Assembly (NCBI GenBank): GCA_044359815.1 | Contig: JBIKLL010000048.1 | Location: forward strand, 1-20,743 | Direction: 5' to 3' | Length of the DNA stretch: 20,743 nt | DNA from: Pseudobdellovibrionaceae bacterium | GTDB taxonomy: Bacteria; Bdellovibrionota; Bdellovibrionia; Bdellovibrionales; Bdellovibrionaceae | Shown: one piece after another, positions 7,817 through 16,159 of the stretch | Layout of the letters: every line of letters starts with the position of its first letter | Numbering within the stretch: position 1 is the first letter of the stretch | Program-made: the position numbers and the translations under genes | Notes under the pieces: generated by a model | Database searches by the model: none | Seen by the model: only the letters and a program-made list of their open reading frames with translations | What the model was told of the DNA's origin: nothing

Positions 7817-8775
7817 TGGTTTTCTTCGCTTTCAAAATCTTCTCCAGGGTTCAGACTTTGGCTGGACATTGATACGCTTTCTAAAACATTGCGTTCACCC
7901 AAATAAGTTTCAGTATTGTCCTCGTCAAATTCTAAATCTCTGGCAGCTTTCGCAGCCGGAGTCAGCCCCACCACGGCACAGCCCACACCGTAGATTGGTT
8001 CATAGGCAAAAACTTTGCCTTCAAATCTGTTGTGTGCACCCATAACGGCTGACAACCACCAAAGCGGTTTAAAATTATTCACTTTTTTAACACGAGCTTC
8101 TTTGTGAATCTGCCGACTTAATTGGGCCAGATCTTCCAACCTGCCCATTTCCAAAAGCTCGATCATTTTTAAATTCCATTCTTGATCTTTTAGCGAATGG
8201 ATTTTGTCATCCTTGGGATCAATCAGTGTCTGATGCAGTCTGTTTGACAATGATGACACCACTATGGCTACAGCTTTTTTGTTTTGAGCTTTCAGAGTCT
8301 CGTTGACAGCTTTTCCTAAAACCACAGTTTCCGCGCGGTCAGAATAAATATTGCTGGAAACAATGGATGCCTTAAATTTGTTACCTGGATTAATTAATTT
8401 CAATGCGACCACAGATCCTGTATCAACGGGGAAGGCTTCATAATCTGTGACCTTGATCATTAAACCTTTTTGTTTGCCGATTTCTGCAAACTGATTGGCA
8501 AACTGTTTATCAAACTGAAAATGATATTTAATGCTTCCCAGTTCGTGAAATTCCTCGTCCACATGGGTCCATTTTAAATTTTCTTTGGCCTGAACCTGAT
8601 GACCCAATATGGATGGCCACATGGTCGAATAAATCACAATCAGATCAGGATTGATGGCTTCGATTTCGGCTCGGACAGCATCAAAGGCTTCACGAATTTT
8701 TTTGTAACCTTGATTTGCATTAGGTGACAGCAACGGCTGAACCAAACCTGGCAAAATAAATCCCTTAACTATCAT
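7813..8775 (-). CDS. amnA: 2-aminophenol 1,6-dioxygenase alpha (non-catalytic) subunit-like, with acidic C-terminal extension
   Basis: Motifs typical of AmnA/CnbCa: LPG, IYSTxW, HVDE, FPVDTG, SNIY, IDPxDDKI, KEARV, YxPxYG. Confidence 0.8.
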   Translation of the reverse strand: MIVKGFILPGLVQPLLSPNANQGYKKIREAFDAVRAEIEAINPDLIVIYSTMWPSILGHQVQAKENLKWTHVDEEFHELGSIKYHFQFDKQFANQFAEIGKQKGLMIKVTDYEAFPVDTGSVVALKLINPGNKFKASIVSSNIYSDRAETVVLGKAVNETLKAQNKKAVAIVVSSLSNRLHQTLIDPKDDKIHSLKDQEWNLKMIELLEMGRLEDLAQLSRQIHKEARVKKVNNFKPLWWLSAVMGAHNRFEGKVFAYEPIYGVGCAVVGLTPAAKAARDLEFDEDNTETYLGERNVLESVSMSSQSLNPGEDFESEENQ

Positions 8776-9662
8776 ACAGCCCCCGCATCGGGTCTAAATT
8801 CAACCACAGCATTGCCGGTTCCAATCACCGTTCCATATCCGTAAACCCGGGCAGGATTTTTAGGAAATCCCAATGATGCCAGCATCCAGGTCAGGGCACC
8901 GCAATCAGTTTCACTGACGGCTTGTTCGGTAAAATCTGGCATGATGTTTATGATTTCCTTGGTCTTACCTTCTTTCATAAGCTTAATCATTTTCATGTCC
9001 CACAAATACTGATTGTGATTATAAATATGCTCATGGCTCATGTCTTCTGGCAGTGGCGGTTCTTTGGTAAAATGCCTGTGCGATAACGAATTACTGGCTA
9101 ACAACAAAACTTTTTTTCCGGATTCAGCAATGGCTGCCACTGTGGCCTTGGCCAAAGCAATCATTTCTTCTTGCATGACATCCACATTAAAATATTGAGC
9201 TGCCGAATGACTGGACAAAGCCACAATGGGTTTATCCCATTTGGGATTAACCATGTGACATGAAATTATGGTTCCATAATCCACACGAAAATCCGGATTG
9301 GTCATCGGCTTCATAACCAGATTTTCTTTCAGCCCATGGCTGACAATTTTCTGCGCCAAATCCACGTCGACCTTCAGATCATAATGAAACCGAAACAAAT
9401 GCGGAAAAATCGGATCAACAGAAATTGATTTCATCTGTGGCACAGACAAAACATGGGTTCCCACATAGGTTCGCCAATGCGGGGATAGCACCACGATCAC
9501 ATCGTAATCTAATTTATCAAGACTTTCCCTCATATCTTGATAAGCCCATCGCAGAACCTCCCAGCCGCATTCGCTTTTGGGTTCGTTTTGCTGGGGATTT
9601 TCCGCGTACACTAAATGCGGAGGATGGGGTGCCAAACACCCGGCTACAATTTTGCCTTTCAT
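8772..9662 (-). CDS. amnB: 2-aminophenol 1,6-dioxygenase beta (catalytic) subunit-like, LigB-type extradiol dioxygenase
   Basis: LAPHPPHLVYAENPQQNEP (His13), SPHW (His62), FRVDYG, SNSLSH, AVSE and YGTVIGTGNAV all match AmnB/CnbCb as I recall them. Confidence 0.9.
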   Translation of the reverse strand: MKGKIVAGCLAPHPPHLVYAENPQQNEPKSECGWEVLRWAYQDMRESLDKLDYDVIVVLSPHWRTYVGTHVLSVPQMKSISVDPIFPHLFRFHYDLKVDVDLAQKIVSHGLKENLVMKPMTNPDFRVDYGTIISCHMVNPKWDKPIVALSSHSAAQYFNVDVMQEEMIALAKATVAAIAESGKKVLLLASNSLSHRHFTKEPPLPEDMSHEHIYNHNQYLWDMKMIKLMKEGKTKEIINIMPDFTEQAVSETDCGALTWMLASLGFPKNPARVYGYGTVIGTGNAVVEFRPDAGAV

Positions 9663-11125
9663 GATGGGTCCTTTATGCAGATTGTTTTTATGTTTGTATA
9701 AAAATCCCTGGAATATTTGCCGCCTTCACGTCCCAGCCCTGAAGCTTTCATTCCACCGAAGGGCACACGTAAATCACGCATCATCCAACCATTCACCCAG
9801 ACTGTGCCCGCCTGAACAGCCTTCGCAACCCGCAGGGCTTTTTGCTGATCCAAGCTCCAAACCGTAGCTGATAATCCATAAATCACGTCATTGGCCAAGG
9901 CCACGGCCTCGGCTTCAGTTTCAAATTCTGCTATGCTGACAACGGGTCCAAAAATTTCCTCCTGCATGCAGGCTGAATTTTGTTTTAACCCCGTGATGAC
10001 TGTGGGATTTAAAAAATACCCATGGGCTAAATCCCCCGACAGTTTTGGACTGTCCCCGCCTGTCAGTATCGTTGCGCCTTCTTGTTTTGCTTTTTCAATG
10101 TAGGATTTCACTTTGTTCAGATGTTGTTCGCTGACCAAGGGACCCATAAAGGTTTCAAGGTTTTTAGGATCACCGACTTTTAATTTTTTAACCTCTTCAA
10201 CAAAGGCTGAAATAAATTTCTGCGCCAAAGGCTTTTGCACATAGATTCTGGATCCACACAAACAAATCTCGCCTTGATTCAGAAAGCTTGATCTGATCGA
10301 GATGCTAAGAGCTTTTTCAAAATCACAGTCTGCAAAAATAATATTTGGATTCTTACCACCCAGCTCCAGACTGAGTCGCTTTAATAAACTGGAGGCCTCC
10401 CAAGCAATAGTGGTTCCAGTAGCCGTGCCCCCAGTGAATGAAATCACGGGGACGTCTTTGTTTTTGATCAACGCTTGTCCTGCTTGAAAGCCTTTACCGT
10501 AAACAATGTTGATCACACCTTTTGGAAAATTAATTTTTTGCACAATTTCAGCCAAGGCATTGGCCGAATGTGAAGTGAATTCTGATGGCTTGCAAACCAC
10601 AGCGTTGCCATAGGCAATTGCTGGTGCGATTTTCCAAGTCAGCAAATACAGTGGCAGATTCCATGGTGATATCAAACCCGCCACACCAACTGGTTCATGG
10701 ACGATAATATTATCAGCCCCAAAATCAGATTTTATTTTGAACTGTTCTGGATGCAGATTTTCTGGCTGCAAAATTTCTGCTGCAAAAAATCTAAAATTAT
10801 CCACCACCCGATTCATATCCATTTTTAGCGCAAGCTCGACGGGCTTACCCTGGTCTTCGCTTTCGATTTCTGCCAGTGCTTGTTTGTGGGCATCAATAGC
10901 ATCGGCCAGTTTCAGCATCCAATCAGATCTTTGCTGGGGACTTAAACTGCGCCAATAATTAAATCCCGATTTGGCTGCATCCACTGCCTTATTTACGTCA
11001 GCTGAAGAGGACAATGGGATCATAGAAATGACCTGGGAATTTGAGGGGTTTTTATTTTCCAGATATTTTTCATTAACTGGGGCTATAAACTCGTTACCGA
11101 TAAAGTTAGCTAATTTTTTAATCAT
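9659..11125 (-). CDS. Aldehyde dehydrogenase, probable 2-aminomuconate 6-semialdehyde dehydrogenase (AmnC/ALDH8A1-like)
   Basis: PWNLPLYLLTWKIAPA, KPSE, SFTGGT, LELGGKNP, catalytic Cys in NQGEICLCGSR, EEIFGPV, RDLRVPFGG. Confidence 0.88.
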   Translation of the reverse strand: MIKKLANFIGNEFIAPVNEKYLENKNPSNSQVISMIPLSSSADVNKAVDAAKSGFNYWRSLSPQQRSDWMLKLADAIDAHKQALAEIESEDQGKPVELALKMDMNRVVDNFRFFAAEILQPENLHPEQFKIKSDFGADNIIVHEPVGVAGLISPWNLPLYLLTWKIAPAIAYGNAVVCKPSEFTSHSANALAEIVQKINFPKGVINIVYGKGFQAGQALIKNKDVPVISFTGGTATGTTIAWEASSLLKRLSLELGGKNPNIIFADCDFEKALSISIRSSFLNQGEICLCGSRIYVQKPLAQKFISAFVEEVKKLKVGDPKNLETFMGPLVSEQHLNKVKSYIEKAKQEGATILTGGDSPKLSGDLAHGYFLNPTVITGLKQNSACMQEEIFGPVVSIAEFETEAEAVALANDVIYGLSATVWSLDQQKALRVAKAVQAGTVWVNGWMMRDLRVPFGGMKASGLGREGGKYSRDFYTNIKTICIKDPS

Positions 11126-11252
11126 GCAAAATCAGTATGATTTAAGCCCCTGACAGTCAAATAAGTTTTGCGCCCAGTTGATTTGATTTTATTCATGCAA
11201 TGTCTTGGGATTTTTGTTAAACCTGAAGCCTCAAAACAAAGGATCTAATCAC

Positions 11253-12569
11253 ATGAATTCGCATCTAACATCTGTCTTTAAAACTGACACAGTAACCAAA
11301 ATAAAAACCAAATTGTTCAATGCTTTGTCATTTCAGTATATCCCGCATCCTAAAGTTCTATTATTCATTGCGATTCCATTTATATTATGCCAATGCAAAT
11401 CCCCTGAAAAGCAGGTTCAAACCGCAGTCCCAAAACAGAAATTCTATACCCTGAAATCCCCCGCGACTATTGGAACCACCGATGTGGGACAGCAACTGTT
11501 TCTGGGCGGATTTTCCAGTTTGGTATACAAAGGCAAAACCGAAAGTGGAGAATTTGAATTTTACACCATCACTGACCGTGGCCCCAATGCCTACACCATG
11601 GCTGATTCAAAAGTTAGCGACATCGCAAAACCTTTTTTGCTACCGGCTTTCAATCCAGAAATCATTATCATCAGAACCGATTCTAAAAACATGAACCTCG
11701 AGATTGTTTCCAGAATCCCACTAAAATACGACGACACAAAATTGATGACAGGACTTCCTAACATCGAAAAAACCAAAGCCACTGCGGGTGACGAATACCC
11801 CGTGAACAATCATGGTAAGCCTTTGGAATTTGATTTAATGGGCATTGATTCCGAGGGTCTGACCCTGGATCCAGAAGGAAATTTTTGGGTCTGTGATGAA
11901 TACCGTCCTTCCATTTTGAAATTCAGCAAGGATGGAGTGTTAATTAAAAGATTTGTGCCTGCAAATTTCAAAGGTTCAGATCCCAAGCTCTCAAAAACTT
12001 TGCCCGCTATTTATGGCGAACGCCAACTGAACCGGGGTTTTGAGGGCCTGACCTACAGAAATGGCAAAATTCTGGCCGTGATGCAAAGTCCTTTGAACAT
12101 CAAAAAGGATAAAAATAAAAACGTCGTCAGGATTTTAGAATTTGATCTGAAAACCGAAAAACCCTCAGGGGATTATATGATTTTGCTTGCCGACAAACAG
12201 ATTGATAAAATCGGCGACATCAATGTTTTTAACGATGATTTGATTTATATTTTGCAAAACGGACAGGTCGGCGAAAACGGCTATCACAGGATTTTCAGAA
12301 TCAGACAAATGACGGCAATTAAGGGCCAACCCGAAAAATCCAATTTGGATAAATTAACCGCCAGTTACCAAGCCCCCATCGAGATTTTGGATCTGAAGGC
12401 TGCTGGTTTTGACATGGAAAAAACCGAGGGTTTGGCACCCATTGACGCAAACACTATGGCCGTTATTAACGACAATGATTTTGGCTTAAATGGGGGCATA
12501 GACCGCCAAAAAGGCACTGTCCCCATGGCTCCAGATCGATCTACGGTGCTAGCCATCATTAGTTTGTAA
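11253..12569 (+). CDS. Esterase-like/phytase-like beta-propeller protein, probable lipoprotein
   Basis: TDRGPN, DSEG, DEYRP, NRGFEG, EKTEG and NDNDFG motifs. Hydrophobic stretch followed by Cys (ILCQC). ATG 11253 has an AAGGA RBS and is preferred over TTG 11205. Confidence 0.85.
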   Translation: MNSHLTSVFKTDTVTKIKTKLFNALSFQYIPHPKVLLFIAIPFILCQCKSPEKQVQTAVPKQKFYTLKSPATIGTTDVGQQLFLGGFSSLVYKGKTESGEFEFYTITDRGPNAYTMADSKVSDIAKPFLLPAFNPEIIIIRTDSKNMNLEIVSRIPLKYDDTKLMTGLPNIEKTKATAGDEYPVNNHGKPLEFDLMGIDSEGLTLDPEGNFWVCDEYRPSILKFSKDGVLIKRFVPANFKGSDPKLSKTLPAIYGERQLNRGFEGLTYRNGKILAVMQSPLNIKKDKNKNVVRILEFDLKTEKPSGDYMILLADKQIDKIGDINVFNDDLIYILQNGQVGENGYHRIFRIRQMTAIKGQPEKSNLDKLTASYQAPIEILDLKAAGFDMEKTEGLAPIDANTMAVINDNDFGLNGGIDRQKGTVPMAPDRSTVLAIISL

Positions 12570-12654
12570 TATTTTCATGTAAAAATCTCTGTCAGTTTCA
12601 AATTTGAACCACCTGCCTTAGAATGCCGTCTGTATGTTTGAATTTGGAGGGAAA

Positions 12655-13065
12655 ATGAAAACATTAATCACGCTAGCAATACTGGCTATGGCTCCTGCCA
12701 CTCATGCCCTGTCGCTTACACCTAAACAGGTCAGACACTGTCATGCAATCGGCGGTCGCGAAATGATCGTATCAAAGACTTTTGGCAAAAAAGGCATTTA
12801 TCAAGTCGCCATCACTGGTGTTGATCAATTTGATTTTGTCAGAATCTCTGAGGACCTAAGAGTCGATACAACCACAGGAACCTTAAGCGGTGTTGCCAAC
12901 AATTCTTCAAAAGAAGTTCCTGAAGGCTCTATCATCCGTTTGGGAATCGAAACCTTGGAAATTCTGGATAAAACCACTGAAAACCCAATCATCCAAATGA
13001 ATGAGCTTCACTGCGAAGACACAACATTTGATGACCCATTCGCTGAAAAACTAACTGATTTTTAA
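12655..13065 (+). CDS. Hypothetical secreted protein
   Basis: GGAGG RBS before ATG 12655; signal peptide ending THA; 2 Cys. Confidence 0.75.
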   Translation: MKTLITLAILAMAPATHALSLTPKQVRHCHAIGGREMIVSKTFGKKGIYQVAITGVDQFDFVRISEDLRVDTTTGTLSGVANNSSKEVPEGSIIRLGIETLEILDKTTENPIIQMNELHCEDTTFDDPFAEKLTDF

Positions 13066-13490
13066 ATTCTTGCTGGCCCCTTTGAATCAGGGGCCTACTA
13101 ATTCTGGAAATATAAATTTTAAAAAATATGCCCTTACCTTGTGTATACTTGCTAACGGCCGCAAGCTCATCTCTCGTTTTGATATTCGGGATAAATCAAT
13201 AATCCCATGACACAATACGAGAGATGAGCTTGCGGCCGTTAGCAAGTATTCAAAAGGTATAGAAACAAAGAAATATTTTAAAAATACAAATTCTGGTTTC
13301 AGAAAACTAAATCAGACTCAGTGATAACTTTCGCTTTTAAATTATGACTCAACACCAGATATGCGGCGATAAATTAACCGTCGCGCTCGCAAATGTATTC
13401 ACAAGGTAAGGAATTTAGGGCCTTATTTTTTAAAATTTGTATTTCCAGAATTAGTTGGCCCTTTTGTCAATGGCGCCAGCCAATTTTAAA
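13061..13490. repeat. Large nested inverted-repeat element filling a convergent intergenic region (MITE-like)
   Basis: Outer arms: 13091-13128 / 13424-13461 (36/38), 13132-13148 / 13395-13411 (16/17), 13061-13090 / 13462-13490 (~21/30). Inner perfect 33-bp inverted repeat 13145-13177 / 13217-13249. Confidence 0.92.
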
Positions 13491-14673
13491 TTAATTCAGG
13501 GGCGACTTTTTCGATAAATAGTCGCATGGAATTTTTAATCCCATCATTATCGTGAATGTTAAAATCAAACCATGCCATCAATCGATCCTGCTGATGATAC
13601 TTTGATTTTATTTTTTCCAAGACCTCAATGGGATTTCCGGCAATGGTGTTTTCAACGGCATCAGCAACCTTTTTAGGATCCAAGGTTCCTTCCATCGCAA
13701 TCCAATAATTGCGCCAAGCTTTTTCAGCTTGAGCTTTAGCTTTTGCAGAATCCTTATCAATAAACACCATCAACGTTCTGGGCATATATTCGCGCTTCCA
13801 AGCACCACCTGCGGGATGATAATGCTTTTGCATGAAAGAATGAGTTTGTTCAATAATTTCAGGTGGAGTGATGGACAAATTAAAAACCCCCACTGGCATC
13901 CATTGATTAACGTGTTTTTGCACAGCTGGATCATGACTGCCCAAAGTCAGATTTAATAACTGCATCGGGGCTTCAAAGGGTATCACTCCTACCTTCGGAA
14001 ACTGCCAGTGACTGGCAAGTCTGATTGAATCACCGCTATGACCTGATAATTTTAAAGTTTTTTGCCAATCCAAATCCGATCTAAAATCGGCACGTGTGAG
14101 TATCAAAGGACTGACATCAGCTGAAGAAATTTGTTCCCCAGACAAAATCCTAACAAAAATTTCTGAAGCCTGTTGAAAATATTTATTTTTCAGGACGGCC
14201 CAGCAGGATTTTTCAAAATCATTTTTTGGATAAAATCCGTAGGGAATGTTTGAAAACGGAAATCTGCCAGCCGCAAATCCCAACTGCAAAACCCTTGATT
14301 CAGAATCATTCATCCCGTGCAGGGTCAAAAATGTTTTGATCGCTTCGGCATGGGCAATGGGACCACCATTGCAGATGATGTTTCTGATTGCAGAACCCAC
14401 TTGAATTTTTGAAGTGCATTTGTGAACCAAATGCGCCAATTGCAAAATATCTGTGTTGAGTCCGATCTCGCCCAAAAAATGTGGAACCACAGCATCAGGT
14501 GTTTGCTTTTGCGTTTGACAGGACAAATGTGTTTCAGCAACCCACGCAGTTTGAAATCCCAATTGATCAGCAAACTTTACCTGATCAAAAAAATTCTGAA
14601 ACATCACCCTTTCGCTGGGTTTGTAGCCATCGACTTCTGTTTGGCAGATAGATAAAAAAATATCAAACTTCAT
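13486..14673 (-). CDS. Luciferase-like (LLM class) flavin-dependent monooxygenase
   Basis: MKFDIFL start, ADQLGFQTAWVAETH, LQLGFAAG, IAGNPIEVLEKI, SMRLFIEKVAP: the typical LLM TIM-barrel pattern. Confidence 0.85.
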   Translation of the reverse strand: MKFDIFLSICQTEVDGYKPSERVMFQNFFDQVKFADQLGFQTAWVAETHLSCQTQKQTPDAVVPHFLGEIGLNTDILQLAHLVHKCTSKIQVGSAIRNIICNGGPIAHAEAIKTFLTLHGMNDSESRVLQLGFAAGRFPFSNIPYGFYPKNDFEKSCWAVLKNKYFQQASEIFVRILSGEQISSADVSPLILTRADFRSDLDWQKTLKLSGHSGDSIRLASHWQFPKVGVIPFEAPMQLLNLTLGSHDPAVQKHVNQWMPVGVFNLSITPPEIIEQTHSFMQKHYHPAGGAWKREYMPRTLMVFIDKDSAKAKAQAEKAWRNYWIAMEGTLDPKKVADAVENTIAGNPIEVLEKIKSKYHQQDRLMAWFDFNIHDNDGIKNSMRLFIEKVAPELI

Positions 14674-15419
14674 AGCGAAGGAGTTCGTCCACCATCAACG
14701 GTTAGACTGATTCCAGTGACATAACTAGCTAGCGGACTGGCTAAATATAAAGCCGCATTGGCCAGATCTGAGGGCTCTGCAAATCTGTGCATAGGAATGC
14801 TTTCAAGCCACATCTCGGTAACTTGGTCTTCGGTCATTTTTAGTCTTTCAGCTACGGATTTTCTAAGAGTCTCTAGCCGTTCTGTTTTTGTAAACCCAGG
14901 CAACAGATTATTTACTGTGATTCCAAATTCACCCAGCTCGTTTGCCAAGGTCTTGGACCAGCTGTTCATGGCACCCCTGATGGTATTTGAAACCCCCAAA
15001 TTAGGAATGGGTGTTTTAACACTGGTGGAAAGCACATTAATTATTCTGCCGTACTGTTCAGATTTCATTGAAGGCACAAAGTTTTTTGCCAGCAACTGTG
15101 ACGCCAAAACATGCTGTGTATAGGCCGATGTCATGGATCTGGTGTCGGCATCCAACAAAGATCCCCCCTTGGGCCCACCGCTGTTGTTAACCAAAATATG
15201 AACCTTTTGGTATTTAGCCAAAATTTCTCGCGAAGCGCGCTCGACCAAATTCAGATCACCCAGGTCACAGGTAAAATTATCAAATTTATTATTGTGTGTC
15301 CTGGATACTGAAACCACTTGGGCTCCAGCGGCCTTGAAAGATTCTGCAATGGCTGCACCTATGCCCTTAGAAGCACCACAGACTACTGCGATTTTGTCCT
15401 TTAAGCTCAGTTCAATCAT
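14670..15419 (-). CDS. SDR family oxidoreductase (atypical active site)
   Basis: CGASKGIG Rossmann motif, NNSGGP, SNTIRG in place of YxxxK, ITVNNLLPG, VDGG. Confidence 0.9.
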   Translation of the reverse strand: MIELSLKDKIAVVCGASKGIGAAIAESFKAAGAQVVSVSRTHNNKFDNFTCDLGDLNLVERASREILAKYQKVHILVNNSGGPKGGSLLDADTRSMTSAYTQHVLASQLLAKNFVPSMKSEQYGRIINVLSTSVKTPIPNLGVSNTIRGAMNSWSKTLANELGEFGITVNNLLPGFTKTERLETLRKSVAERLKMTEDQVTEMWLESIPMHRFAEPSDLANAALYLASPLASYVTGISLTVDGGRTPSL

Positions 15420-15422
15420 AGT

Positions 15423-15554
15423 TTACTCAGGCAAAATTTTGGCTTCTTGTTCAGGTGTAAATTCAATAGTGATAGGTTTGGTCTTTTTGGGACCGATCAA
15501 ATATACTCCTAATACAAAAGCCAATGTGATAGCCAATCCATAAATCAATTTCAT
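15423..15554 (-). CDS. Small 43-aa single-pass membrane protein (not in ORF track)
   Basis: Translates to MKLIYGLAITLAFVLGVYLIGPKKTKPITIEFTPEQEAKILPE*. Its stop is 3 nt before the SDR start, and GGAG lies upstream. Confidence 0.65.
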   Translation of the reverse strand: MKLIYGLAITLAFVLGVYLIGPKKTKPITIEFTPEQEAKILPE

Positions 15555-15616
15555 ATTTAGAAACTTACTCCAACGCTGCATGCTGCGTCTACCCTATTTA
15601 TTAAAAACCTGAAAGG

Positions 15617-16159
15617 ATGCCCCCACGCATGAGCAAATTGTTTTGGATAGACCTAGAAATGACAGGCCTGGATGTGACCAAAGAAGTCATAATCGAAACC
15701 GCAGCGCTGGTCACTGACTACAGTTTTAATATTTTGGATAAATACGAAACTGTGGTGAACCAACCGCAAAACTATATCGACAATATGGATCAATGGAACA
15801 AACAACACCACACGGATTCGGGTTTGGTTTCAAAAATCCCTTACGGAAAAACCCCTGACCAGGTGGAAGAAGATTTATTGAATCTGATCAAAAAGCACTG
15901 GCCTAAGATTGAAAAAAAAGAAGACAAACCCATCCTGGCTGGAAACTCGATTCAACAAGACAGATTGTTTATCGATAAATATTGGACCAAGCTTGGGGCA
16001 ACTTTGCATTACCGAATGCTGGATGTGAGTTCTTGGAAAATAATTTTTAATAATAAATTTAATAAAAAATACGACAAAAAAAATGCCCACAGAGCCCTGG
16101 ATGACGTTGTCGAAAGCATCAATGAACTAAAGTTTTACCTGGGCCACATCAAGAATTAA
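15617..16159 (+). CDS. orn: Oligoribonuclease
   Basis: DEDDh motifs WIDLEMTGLD, AGNSIQQDRLF, LHYRMLDVSS, HRALDD..ESI.EL. The true start may be ATG 15629. Confidence 0.95.
   Translation: MPPRMSKLFWIDLEMTGLDVTKEVIIETAALVTDYSFNILDKYETVVNQPQNYIDNMDQWNKQHHTDSGLVSKIPYGKTPDQVEEDLLNLIKKHWPKIEKKEDKPILAGNSIQQDRLFIDKYWTKLGATLHYRMLDVSSWKIIFNNKFNKKYDKKNAHRALDDVVESINELKFYLGHIKN

Noticed and set aside
7813..9662. Reading amnAB as tRNA-modification enzymes because ttcA is nearby
   Set aside because: The Fe-binding and catalytic residues of the extradiol dioxygenase are intact, and the ALDH and RidA neighbours fit ring cleavage.
13061..13490. CRISPR array or autonomous IS
   Set aside because: The repeats are inverted, not regularly spaced direct repeats, and there is no cas or transposase ORF.
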